Of a stretch of 64,000 nucleotides of DNA, positions 1 to 13,400 are shown in pieces. The stretch comes from Girardia tigrina (taxonomy: Eukaryota). Location: NCBI GenBank assembly GCA_001938485.1, contig MQRK01255104.1, positions 1 to 64,000 on the forward strand. The letters run 5' to 3'. How positions within the stretch are numbered: position 1 is the first letter of the stretch; each line of letters starts with the position of its first letter. The notes below the pieces were generated by a model that did no database searches, was not told the origin of the DNA, and saw nothing but the letters and a program-made list of their open reading frames with translations. Made by a program: the position numbers and the translations under genes.

Positions 1-38
<38 letters not shown>
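1..38. repeat. (AT)n microsatellite
   Basis: Pure AT dinucleotide run at the window start. Confidence 0.95.
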
Positions 39-41
<3 letters not shown>

Positions 42-390
42 AAAATGCCACTATTTATTAACATGTTTTAACGTGACAAAACAATTTCATTCTTAATTAA
101 ATATATTGTTTATTTATATTTAAAACAATATTGACTGTTGGAAAATAGAAAATCTGTGTAAGAAGTGAGACATAATTTCCCGAATGTGAAAGTTGTTACT
201 TTTGGCAGCTGAAGGAAGGCTTGACAGTCGAAATATGCGAAATAATTAATTATGTTTATATATATCCAAATTAATTAGTTAAAATGTTGTAGAGGATTTA
301 CTTTATAAATTTTTTTTTCTTATTCAAACAGACAACTTTAGAATGAATAATATGCTTTAAAAAATGCATTAAATTATCATTCCTCATTAA

Positions 391-632
391 CCCATTAATG
401 CCGAAAATTATTGATGATTATGATGCCATGTTACATACACTCCTTTCTTGGTCAAGGTCAGCCGGCTACTGCGCATGCATGCCTGGTGACAGAGAAACAA
501 AACATGTTCCGTATGTGTTCTGAACCTTCAGAGTACACACCTTATCAACGAAACATAGCTAAATGCAATGTCTTTACTTTTACAGCCATTTTTATTAGCT
601 GGGCATGAATGTTCCCGTTCGGCGTTAATGGG
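391..632. mobile_element. piggyBac-type MITE (242 bp)
   Basis: TTAA on both sides (387-390, 633-636); 15-bp TIRs CCCATTAATGCCGAA / TTCGGCGTTAATGGG with 1 mismatch; no transposase. Confidence 0.85.
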
Positions 633-3407
633 TTAAAGTCTTCCGAAAACTGTTATGTATTATTTCATCATGACCAAATTGTTCAACAACGTCATTTTTC
701 ATTTTTGGTTTATTTGAATACTTGAAGATTAATTACTTCCGAAAATATGAATATTTGTTACATTTATTTTTTACTTTGTTTTATTTTTCTTTATGTAATA
801 ATCGGTTTTAAAGTTTGTAGATCAATTCCACAAAAATGAAAATCAATTTTTACTACTGAATAGATTCAAATTATTTTCTTTGAAGGGCTTTGAACTAATT
901 TTTATTTTATTAATCTTATTTTCAATGTAAGTTTTTAAATTAAAGCGATTTTTATTGAGGTTCCCATGAAATTCCTTTTTTCTGATCTTATTTCTTAATT
1001 TTTATTATTTAACCAAATATTTTAATTCTCAAATTTTCTCCTTGTTTTTGAATAGTTTAGAAACCATGAAAAATCTTCTCTGTTAAAAAATAATAAATAT
1101 TTTTCATTGTTTCATATTAACTTGGCTCAGTAATTAAAATATAAATATATAATTAACTAGCAAATCAAAAAAAATTTAATCTATTCTTTATTTGGGCAGA
1201 ATTGGCCAATAGAAGTTTTTTTGTAATCTTTTGTAGAAGGGAAAATTTCATACAAAAAAATTTACAAATCCATTTTGCAATTAAATAGTTACTAATAACA
1301 TAATAAATTTATTATAAAGTATGGAAGGAAAAATCCAAAATATTTCTATTTTATACAGTTAAAACATTTGTGGATAATCGAAAACGTTTTTTCGCAAAAA
1401 GAATTTTTTTGATTTACTAGTTTGATCAAATTTTCACATTATCATTTATTGTCATTGAAAATGAGTAAATGTGCAAAGTTTGTAGAAAATTAATTTAGTA
1501 ATAAGCCTTCAAAAATAAGTTTCTAAATCCCATGGATACATATATACTTATAGAAAGTAAGCTAATAAAAAGAATGGAAAAAGGCGTTTGTCCAATCAAT
1601 GAGACCAATACCAGCCCTTATCTAGAATTGTTTCAAAATTATCAAGTGCAGTCTTCATAGTCGGTCAAGAGAATCATGAGAAATGTCATAAATTAAGGGG
1701 GGAATTCAATTAATAGACCAGATCAGAAAGTGACGGCGATATCAAAAAGAAAACATTATAAAGTTAAGTGCATCGCGAATTTATCAGCATTTTATCAAAT
1801 ATATGAAGATACCAATCTGAAAACAATATGGAAATAACTTATTTGAAAAAGAAAACTAAAGAATGGCTTTTAATTCTCCAATGGAAATAAAGAAGTATTT
1901 ACCAGATTAATGAGTTTTAATTTGTTTCATGATGGTGAAAATGTTGAATGAGGAAAATTCTTTTTGAATATTTCATGGTGGATTTTTCAAGAATTACAAG
2001 AATCTTTTTTGAATGCGTATAAGGTGCTGGCCCCTGGGCCTAGCAATGATGGCCATAATCTCTTTGTCGTGCGGTAAGTTATCGGTTGAGAAAGTCTATC
2101 GGTCAGTTGAGTGGGTGCCACAAACCAATGGGACCCGATGTACTCCGGTTGGCTCGTCGATAGGTGTCGCATTCCTGTTCAGTCTCTCCGGCTCTATTGT
2201 AGTCAGTGCGGCTCGGAATGGCAGTTAGTGTCTAGCTAGCCAGTAGAAATGCGTAGAACCCCTAAATGCATGCTTGTGATCTTCTTGTCGACGATGACGT
2301 TTGTTGTAAGACAGCGATTGAATAGATTGATTGATTTTATGTTTTCATAGTCGCGATTTAAGAATTTTTAAGAAGTTTTCATAAAAATAAGCCGATTTGA
2401 AATAATAATTATAATTTATTTAAATAAAATTCAAAAATCTGCCAAGTTGAATATTCAAACAAATTCGTTTTTTTAACAGTTATTATTTTTTATTATTTAA
2501 TTGTTCGAGCACCGCGGCGTATTTATCCTAAGAAACGCTGAAAATATTTTTCGATATAATAAATTTCGATGACCCCTTTAAAAATAGAAAATGTCACGAA
2601 AAATAAAAGATTTCCGAAAAGTTAATACTAATGTGAATCAGAAATAAATGGTGGATTTAATTTTGAAAACGATTTATTTCATTGTAGAATTAATTTTAAA
2701 AATACATTGACCTGATATTCCGTGGGGATACAAGGTACAAATCTGTTGGGGTTATCTCATCAGTCGAAATAAAAAGAAACATTCGTCCTATCAGAAATGG
2801 AATTTAGTTTCTGTTATATGTTAAAATTATTTATTAAATGAAATATTTAACATGAAAAAATATGGATAATTATTTGTTTAAATAATATCTATTTAAAAGT
2901 ATTTTTGTTGAAAAATAAATTTTATAGATTTGTTATTCGTTGTTACAGTTTCAAAATTATCATAATTAGGATTTTATTTGTCTTAATTATGTGTGTATGT
3001 TTTTTGCTTATTAGCGATTTAAACAAAAGAGAAATACGTTTCTTTTTAACAAGAAGAGAGAAAAAGAATGAAATTCAAAAATCTTTGTCATATGAAAAAA
3101 CCTTTAAAATCGAGGGAATACATTTTCAGTCATTAGTATTTGGATCATTTCTTGAATGAATATTTGAAAAAAAATTGAAAAGCTTTGAAATTAAATCAAG
3201 AGTGATAAATTTGTACATGAAAGACGATGATTTGTTGTATAAAAGATCATTAAGGGATACAAAGAGACATAATAACAAAGATCAATAATATAAGGATTTA
3301 TGTGCTAAACGAATTTAAAAGTCATGAAGTAGATCAAGATCTCGTAGAAAATTACAGTAACATAAATCGTCGAAACCATGAACTTTTATTTTTTCGTTTT
3401 GTTAATA

Positions 3408-4071
3408 CAGTGAAACCTCTTTATTTACCACCCTCCCAAATTTACCACTTTTTCTTTGCATGTCATATGAATATTAAGAATTATGTTAGGAACAATGTAT
3501 TCAAGCGATATATAAAAAAGAAAATTAAACTGTTAGAAGGTTTAAAAAATATTGAAAAGTTTTTATTTTATTAGACGAACAAAAGTAGAAAAAAATCAAA
3601 AAAGTAACTGATTATTTTAAATAAATCTTATTTGGATTTTAAATCAAGATTATTTGAATTTCTTCGTTTTTGTACTCTTATAATACATTATAAAGTTAAA
3701 ATTAAAGATAATATTCGTTGAATGTTGTAAATAACAACAATAAATCACACGAAAGATTTATTTACAAACAACCGAAAATCACTCAGAGTTCTTCGAATTT
3801 TTCAAATTGTCGCACTTAACTCCGCGCAGTAAAACAACATAATTAATATATCGTTCTCTTCTGGATTATCATTTTCGCCATCACAGATGATATAAATTTT
3901 TATAATTTTCCATTTCACAAACTGGCATATACACCAAAATATATAAAAAATATACTTTTACCAAACAATTCTATGCATATTACATATCCAATAATACTTT
4001 AATTTACCACCCTCCCAAATTTACCACTTTTTTCCGATCCCGGAAATTGGCAAATTACAGAGAGTTGACTG
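3408..4071. mobile_element. Tigger/pogo-like non-autonomous element
   Basis: TA|CAGTGAAACCTCT...AGAGAGTTGACTG|TA imperfect TIRs; subterminal direct repeat TTTACCACC(C)TCCCAAATTTACCACTTTTT at ~3424 and ~4004. Confidence 0.6.
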
Positions 4072-5911
4072 TACATTGTAATATTTATTTAAAAAAAAAT
4101 TAAATAAGTATTAAAGAAAACAAGAAAACCACGACATATTTCTTTGGAAGTTTAGATTACGTTTTCATATTCTAAACAACAAAAAATTATTGCTAAACTA
4201 ATCAAAAGTCGTTTGAAGTTAGAAATTACAATATGTAAACAATTAGAGGTTTGGGAATTTTTTGTGAAAAAAACGGATGACGTTTGTAATTATTCTTAAG
4301 TTCAGTTATTTGATAAATTCGATATGTATTAATTATGATTATTTTGAAAAATTAACTTTAATTTGTATTAATATTAAAACCAGTGGATTTTTGTGACGAT
4401 TGAACGAACTTTGTACGATGAAGAAAACAATCAAACGTAAAGATGATTTCTATTGAATCAAATGGAGTTTATTGGATTACACTTGAATGGTTTGAAGGCG
4501 CCTTTCAAAGATAATTAAACGTTATTGAAGCATTCTAATTGATGAATGAGAAAAAAAAACGATTCTTCCAAAATCCATCTTCAAAGATGACTTGAAACTG
4601 GATCATATTAAATTTCACAACATATATATCCTATAAATGTGGTGGAAAAGCCCAGTGATTATCAGAAATTCTCACGTCATCAGTTTCTTGCTGGACTCAA
4701 TCGCTGCTCGTCTCGAGTGGTACGGAACCTCCGATAACGCCCCCTTTAATGATGAGGCACCTACCAATATCATATAGTTTTAAATCGGTTCATTATCATT
4801 CTGAATTAATTACACTTCCTGTTTTCCTTCAGTATATAATCGAATGATTAACTTATAAAAGGGTTCTGACAATGCATAAAGCGCATCCTTAGTGTAATTC
4901 TTGCCTTTTACAGTTGCAGAAAGATATGAGAGCATTTCATTATTTAGTTTATCGAAAAAAACTTTTTCATGTTTTAGTTATCAAATACGGTTCCCATAAT
5001 TTCTTTTTATGAGACGACACAACAAATTATTTTTCTTTGATTGAGTGCAATTTGACATTTATTTCATAATTACGAATGATTTGAGAGATTCTTAGAACTT
5101 GCCTGTTTGACACGAAAATCCTCGCTTTGCTGAGCTGATTATGAATCTTCAAAAATTAAACTATACGTTTTTATGAGGCCGCCCTGTACAATTAGAATAG
5201 TAATACTTAAAACACAATAAAAAGAACAATAAAAATTTTATTTACACATAACTGTCTTTTTTGGTAAAAATCAGATTAAAAAAATTGAAAATTCCTTTGA
5301 TATTATTTTGTAATCCAATTTGTTCATTATTTTATATTTGTCTACGAAGGATAAGGATATTATGATTTTAAATGTTTAGATGAATTCAATTTTATTTATA
5401 ATATTACTAATTATTTCTAACAGAAATAAATTTTAATTAACACATTTAATTATTAATCCGTCAACAAAGCAATTAATCATACTTAATAATTGTAGACTCA
5501 AAATACAAAAAAAACAAATTTTCAAGATTTATTTTTCAAACCTAATGAAAAATAATATACTTTTATTCATGTAAATAATTTAAAACACCTTGAGATCAGA
5601 AATAATTTTTTGAAAAGTATTGCATTATTTAATTTATTTTCACTTTTTCAAATAATCTGAAAAGTAAATACTTAAATATTTATCGCATAATTTTTATATC
5701 AAATTTAGGGGTCCCTTTTTGTGTTTACAAATATTTTTTTATGTAATAAAATCCTTAAAAAAGCAAAAAAAAGTATGCAAATTAAAGCAGTGGGTTACCA
5801 AACTAATTTTTTATAAATAAGTGAAAAAACTTTAATTAACTACTTAATTGTGTAAAAATATAAAAAAGATCATAAAGAAATAGAATGTATGAAAGGGAAA
5901 TGAATATAAGC

Positions 5912-6784
5912 CTACCTTGATTGTACAATATTACATTTATCATTTATTCTATCCGTAAGAGGAAGAGAAGTACCCATATCAACACTACTGTATTTGTCAA
6001 TCATATTTCTATGAGTTGCCATTCTGCTAGTTATAGATGACAAATTTTTTCTTAAATCACTGAAATATTCAGGAGAAGGTAATTTATAATCCATAATTCC
6101 ATCTAAACGACGCTGAAAGTAAAATTGTAAATATTTTTCTCTAGCTGTTATGTTGGTAATTACTTCTATTCTTCGCATTTGCGATGTAACTGAATCAGAA
6201 GGAGAATAACTATTAATAATTTCAGGATGCCTACGGTGGCGTACTCTTGACTAATAATAATAATAAAACATGATTTTCCCAAAAAATATTTACTAACAGA
6301 ATGTGCATCATTTTCTAGTGGTTGCTCACTTCTACTTTTTTCAAAATCCGGTCTAGTATATTCACTCAACTTAATTATTAAATTTTAAATTTTATACAGA
6401 TCTTAAAATATACTTGACGATCAGTTGACTTTATCACTCTTTGCCTTCTTCTACTGTGTGGTACACTGTGACTTGAAGAGCTATTCTTTAAAAGATTAAT
6501 TGACCTTTTAATAATAAATTATTATTAATACTATAGCTTCATCGAATAAGCTTAAAGCTCTTTGATCAGCATTCCTAGATGCATTTGCCATTTGGTCGTA
6601 CTCATTACTTGACTCATTAACTAATTTTCTGGACCGACTATAGACACCAGAAATATCTAAACTAGAATCTAAAATATTAATAGTTATAAAATATAATTTA
6701 AATATCAATAAAATTAATGAAAAACTTCATTATACCATTATCCTCAAAGTCAACAGTTCGAAAACGGTAATGATTTTGAACCAT
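5912..6784 (-). CDS. Uncharacterised 6-exon protein (~205 aa, MVQNHYRFRTVDFEDND...CNIVQSR*)
   Basis: Exons 6784-6736, 6668-6532, 6485-6414, 6369-6298, 6250-6164 and 6112-5912 joined by GT-AG introns of 67, 46, 44, 47 and 51 nt give one open frame. This explains the three short minus-strand ORFs in the track. The 3' end could instead splice at AG|GTAGGC (5915). No family recognised. Confidence 0.75.
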
Positions 6785-7326
6785 ATTTACTAAATCGAAA
6801 AAAATACTAAAATATAAGTAAACGAAAAATTAGATGACAAATATATTAATTGGAAAACACGCTGATGCACATCAAACCGGTAGGGAATGGCATACACTAG
6901 GTGCACAGGAAACCAAGGGAAATTTCACCGGGGCACTCATACACATTAAATTATCGATTAACAAGTAAAGAAAATTTATTACTAATTCATTACAAATCCA
7001 GTACTTAAAACTAACAAAAAATTTTCAAATATTCTTTATCATTATAATAATAATTAATAAAAAATCAAATAAAATTTTTTTTCTAAAATGACAAAAAATT
7101 TTAACTGTAAAGACTTTTTTCTATTAAACGTCTAAAATTAATTAATATGATTTTATTCATTAAAAATTATAAAATATCAAATTTGTTTTAACTGATCAAA
7201 TGATGATTTTTATTTGACAAAATTTGAGTTTAGGAAATTGAATTAAATATTTTAATAGTTAAAAAAAATTTAAAATTCGCTCACTTTTAATTCGATAGTG
7301 ATCGAAAATTAAAATTATCTGTTTAA
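6785..7326. promoter_or_regulatory. Putative bidirectional promoter region
   Basis: 542 bp between divergent ATGs (6784 on -, 7327 on +); GC-richer patch at ~6855-6945. Positional inference. Confidence 0.45.
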
Positions 7327-7490
7327 ATGGCGTATAATACGGAAATGGAAAAACTTATACCGCTGGTGAATCAGCTGCAAGACGCTTTCACATCGGCTGG
7401 TGTCAGCGGCAGTATCGATCTGCCGCAAATTGCGGTTGTGGGGAGTCAGAGTGCCGGCAAAAGTAGTGTTCTAGAAAATTTTGTCGGCCG
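7327..7490 (+). CDS. DNM: dynamin exon 1
   Basis: [21 protein letters not shown]...[24 protein letters not shown]; donor CG|GTGAG. Confidence 0.95.
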
Positions 7491-10400
7491 GTGAGAATTT
7501 ATTTGAATTTTATTGATTATTTGAATTTTATTGATGATTTTAATTTTTTAATTTTAGTTTTAAATTTAAAATACAAAAAAATATTTAGAATTATTTTTAA
7601 AAATTAAATTTATTTTTGTTATTTTGTAATATTTTTATTGTAGTTTATGAAAAGTTTTAGAAAGCAATAAAAAAATACACACATTAAATCAAAAAATTTA
7701 GGCATAAAATTAAATAAAAAAATTTCATAAAATTATTAAAAAAATTAGAAAAATTTTAATAAAAAATTGCGGTTGTGTGGAGTCAGAGTGTCGACAAAAA
7801 ATAGTGTTTTGTGATTTTTTTTCGGTCGGTCAGAATATATTTAAATTTTAAGAATTATTTTGATTTGATATTTTTTGAATTTCTATTTTAAATTTAAAAT
7901 GAAAAACATTTTTTTTGGAATTATTTTTAAAATTGTGTTCCAAGAGTATAAACTTACCGATTTCTGTTCTACAAAAAAGTTTTGTGTTCTTCAGAAGACT
8001 TTTGATTCACGTCGCGAGCCGTTTATTTTGTTTTTGACTGTAAGCACTTTGCAAATGCTAAAATATTCTGAGGAATATTCGATCGATCTGAACTTATATA
8101 ATTTAATTTATAATGACTATTAAGAACACCAACAAGGGTTTTCGAACTTTTATTTTCATTACAATCAGAATTGTCTTTTGGACAACTCTCAGCAAAACTC
8201 TCGTCATTCGACATCGTTCTAAATTGATAACTTTTAGTTAATGTTTTTAAATAAACAATTTTTCGAACAAATATTTCATTATTTTCAGATTTTATTTTAA
8301 AGTTCAAATTTTGTAGTTTTAGTATTAATTTTATTTACATATTAATTTTATTTAAAAATTATTTTATGGAAAGAAAGAACATTTATTTAATTCAAAACTT
8401 AGTTAAAACTATTTATTTTATTTAAATTTTAATATGAAAATTTGAAAAGATTTAATATTTTTAAATATCTTATGTTGTACTTTAAAATGAAAATTATACT
8501 CGAATAATTATTCATCGTGAACATCTAAAATATCAATTTTCCATCTGGGTAGGAGAAACACATTTCCAAATACTAAACTCAACATACAAAATTCAACAAA
8601 CCAATTCCAACATACCAAATTTAAAATATTCCTCACAATGACCATTAAATTATTGATTCTATTTTTTTTCTCTACTTAATCAAAGTCTTAATACATCACG
8701 TGTTATAGAGATTATCCGTACCGTTATATTAGTTTGCATAAACAGTTGAATTATTAAATATTTATATGAGGGAAGTAATTATTTCTATTTCCAGTGTCTT
8801 TCTGCTTTTAAAATTTGGTTGTTTGATATGTAATTTAAGGCTTTTAATATTAGGTTATTGCAAAAGCAATGCAGGTTTTAGAACCTAAACTTTACACAAC
8901 TGTAACTCAGCACAGAATAAACTTTATTAATCGAAATAAAAACCATCAGAATCAATACATTTTTGCCAATGAGAAACAAGTTTATTGATGTCTCTAGTGT
9001 ACAACTCCTGATTTCTGGATGCGATGAAAGCATTAAAGGCGTCTTCCGTGTCATCTTGGTTTTTGAAGCATTTTTCCTGGAGGAATTTATCAAAATGCTT
9101 GAAAAAGTGGTAGTTGGTGGGCGAGAGGTCCACTGAGTAGGGTGGATGAGGCAGAGTTTCGTAGCCCAATTTGTTTAGCTTTTGTAGGGCCGGTTTTGCG
9201 ATGTGTTGCCGGGTGTTGTTTGAGGAGAATTGACCTCTTCATATTGACCAATCTTGGGCACATTTGATGCATTTTGTCAATTTGTTGGCAGTACTTCACT
9301 GTGGTGATCGTTTCACCCGTATTCAGAAAGCTGTGATGAATGAGACCGGCTGCAGACCACCAAACAGTCACCATAATCTTCTTTTGGTAGAGTTTTGGTT
9401 TCGGAAAGTGGTAAGGAGCCTGATTGTAGTCCAACCATTGTGCCGAACTTCGCCGACTGTCATAGAGAATCCACTTCTCATCACACGTAACAATCCGATC
9501 GAGAACCGATTCGTTATTGTTGCGCAGAAGACAACTCAAAACGACGATTTTTTTGACTTTTGTTCAATTCGTGAGGCACCCATTTATTGAGCTTTTTCGA
9601 CTTTCCGATTTGCTTCAAGTGCCGAGCGACGGTTGAGGGATCAACGTTAAGGTCTTCTGCGAGTGCTTGAACAGTTATGCGTGGATCGGCTTCCACCAGC
9701 TCCTTCAATTCGTCGTCAATCGTCGATGGGCGGCTACAATGAGGTTCATCGTCCAGGCTGGTATTGCCAGATCGAAACTTTTGATACCAACGCTGCACCG
9801 TGCATTCGTTGACACTTCCTTTGTCCCAAACTTCGTTGATGTTTCGAGCGGTTTGAGCTACATTACGCCCTAGCTTGAACTCGTAGAAATGTTGCGAAAA
9901 TCGCGTTTTGGCATCTGCAATTAAAATCGAAATTATTAACAAAAGAAACATTATAATAAGTTTTAGACCCATATATCTGAAATAATATAAATTAAGCTTT
10001 CGAATGATTCATAACATCATACATGCTTTTGTCGTATAACATTGCGGTAAATACAAAAAAATCAAAAACCTGCATTCTTTTTGCAACAACCTAATACATT
10101 CTTCATTGTAGTTTAATTTTAAAGCATAGTATATTTTTAACATGATTTTTAGTTGATAGTTAAGTATAAAAGTTTTTTTGCTATTGTAAAATCGATGTTC
10201 TTTTTGTCACATTTTTGTTGTAAAAACATAAAAAGAAAAATTTTCAATCTAAGTACTGACTACTAATAGTAATATATTTATCTAAAATCGACTTGTACAT
10301 TTTCAATTTTAAATGGTATAAAATCTTTTTGAAAATTTTCTTTGATTAAATTAATAAATCCGTTTTCTATCTTTGTTTAATGTTTTTGTTTTATTTTTGA

Positions 10401-13400
10401 ATGAAGAATTTCAATAATCTTTTAATACAAAAAAGTATTAAAACAAAGAATCAACATTTTTTACCTTCATTACGGTTTTATATCTTATTGTTAAGATAAT
10501 TATTTGGCTTATAAATCCTATTATAGTATTGAAACAAAGGTTGAAGGTAGAGTTAGAGTTCCCAATCCGAATATCCGGATATATTTGGACCTTTTTTTAT
10601 TATTCAACAGCCGAATATTTCAGAGTGATGTATTGTATCGATGTATATTTAGTATCTTTTTTTACTTCTTTGAAATATATATTTTGGAAGCTTGCAACTC
10701 TTTTACCTCAATATTATAAAAAAATTGCAAATTTTTCTGTGATCGGATTTCGATTTAAGTAAGTGAAATTAGTTTGAAAAAACGGTTTTTAGATTTGTGG
10801 ATAATTATTACTATATCGTATAGTGTAGTTTAAATAACTTTAAAACTTCTGCTGCTTCAACAGTTTTCTTAAATTGTTATGCTATTTTCTATTGAATATC
10901 TATGAAAATTCTTCTTCCTCTGTCTTTTTATTTTAAATACTTTACATAAGTGTATGTTCTTTCATTTTATATTCTTCAGCTTTTTCATCGACTTTATTTG
11001 AATACTTTATTTCCTTTGCTAACGTTTTGAAACAATTTTTGCGCACCATAATGAATTTATCCAATAATTGTTCTATGACATCTATGGCTTTGGAATGCTA
11101 TTATTTGATTTTTATTGGCAATTTTTACTAGTAGATCTATTTATTTTCATATTATATGATATAATTATTTAATGTTTTCAAAACATTTTTCTACAGTTTA
11201 AATATTTTAGAAGCAGCTCCATTTTCCATGAAGTATAAAAGGCCAATATTATTTAAATAATGTTTTTTGTATTTTCTAAGTAGTTCTGAAAAAAACTTTT
11301 TCATAAAACGAAATTATAATTTAGTGATTTTTTGCCTCGTGGAAGTGGAATAGTTACTCGACGACCTTGTATATTACAACTCATAAATGCTCCTACAGGT
11401 AGAACAATAAAAATGGGAAGACAATTTGAATTAGTTATATTATTTTTCAGAAAGTGCCGAGTTTTTACATATACGCGGGAAAAAATTTACAGATTTTGAT
11501 CAGGTTAGACGCGAAATTGAGGCTGAAACTGACAGACTTACGGGTAAAAATAAAGGAATATCAAACAGTCCAATTAGTTTAAAAATATATTCTCCACATG
11601 GTAATTATTAATTAGTTCATTATAACTATTATTGCTCAGTAAAATAATTTTTCACTCGAAAAAGATATCTGAAAAAAATATTTCTCAAATTGAGTTTTGC
11701 AATAAATAATCTTTTGTAATAAATCATTAAATGACGTTTTTTTAATTTATTGAATTTCTTTTATTATGTCTGCTTTAATTAATATTAAAGATGATTTTTT
11801 TAAATACCAAAAATAAATATAAAATAATAAATAGGAAAATAAATATTTGTTACAAATTCTAATATCCAAGTATTTATATACATCTAAGAATTATGTAAAC
11901 AAAAAAGCAAAACAATGGTTTCAAGAAACCCTTATCAACAAAGTTAAACTGGAGATTTACATTGAAGGGGAGAACTGGAACAGAGAATGGGGGAAGCGAA
12001 GAAGAAATAAGAAGCCGGATCGGTATTGCAACAAGCGCAATGATTAAGCTTAGCACAGTTTTTCACCTTAAAGAAATCCATCTCTGGAGCAGATTAAAGA
12101 TCACTAAGGCTATTGTGAAGGCAACACTACTCCTTGGATTCGAGAGTTGGACAATAAATCAGAAGAGCATGGATAGACTTAAAGCGTTTGAAATGAAGTG
12201 CTACAGGAGAATGCTGAAGATCACGTGGAAAGAAGACAAACGACTTTGTCTGGAGGAGAGTGACAGAAATACTGGGTAAAATACCGGAATCAATAGAAGA
12301 GATCATCAAGAGAAGGAAGCTGAAATTCTACGGATATCAAATAAGAAAACAAGCATTAGCAAAGGTTATGATCGAGGGAAGAGTGGAAGGAGAAAGACCA
12401 AGAGGAAGACCAATGAGGCAATGGATAGACGATTTAAAAGAATGGAGTGGATCGAGTAAGGGATGTCTGAGAAAAAAGGCTGTAAATAGAGAGATGTGGC
12501 GGAGGCTTGTTTACAATTGGGTGCACCCACGGCCCAACGGCTATGGCCAAAAAGAAGAAAGAAGAATTATATTCTCTGGTCACATTTCTTTTGTCACTTC
12601 ATTTAAATACTTTAATCATTTCACCATCTGTCAATTGCTTGCATTTCTTAGCTACGCGTTGGGATTCCATTACCGGTTTACCTGTAAATTTCAAAAAAAA
12701 GTAGCGGTAAAATTTACCGGTAATTACCAAAAATAATTACAAACAAACAATTTCGTCAATTAAAGATTTGATTGATTTTTGCTCGTGCTTTCATGTAATC
12801 CGAAAATTTTTACACAATGTTTGTTATTAAGATCCAAGTCGGCCACAGAAATAACTGTAAAATTGATAGCATGTCTTATTAGAAATTGCTCCAATCTTAG
12901 TAATACCTTTGTAAAATTAAAAGTTTTCAAACTCCATACTTGCTGTTGGACTTTCTTCATAAATTCTGAAAACTCTAATTTCCTCTGCATCATAATTCAG
13001 AAGTGTTATCTTTAAGCTATTGACTTTTCTGCGGCGATAAAAATGAAATTCCGCGACCCTGTTGTATATATTCCTCGATTTTTCCACGATTTCTGCAAAA
13101 GAATCTAGACAGGTGATGTGTACAGCATTTTCACAGACGGGCATGATGACATGTCGGTAGCATGCCGTAATATATCTTGCGCCATCACAGACAAATCCAG
13201 TGATACAATCAAAACTGACACCTAATGATATCAAGGTGCGTAGAATAGCTCCATCAACTGTGCTAGCATTTACTTTGTCAAGTGGTACAGTGTCAACTAG
13301 TAATGGGCGCAGCATATCTTTGCTTGAGGTCACTGTTGAACAGAGCAGTATATGCAATTCCATCTTCCCTCCATCATCCGTTGTTTCATCAGCGATGTTA

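Noticed and set aside
1987-2310. GC-rich island with short ORFs on both strands
   Set aside because: No recognisable motif, splice pattern or termini; probably a repeat fragment but unsupported.
3728-3885. Possible solo LTR (TG...CA)
   Set aside because: No convincing TSD and no second copy in the window.
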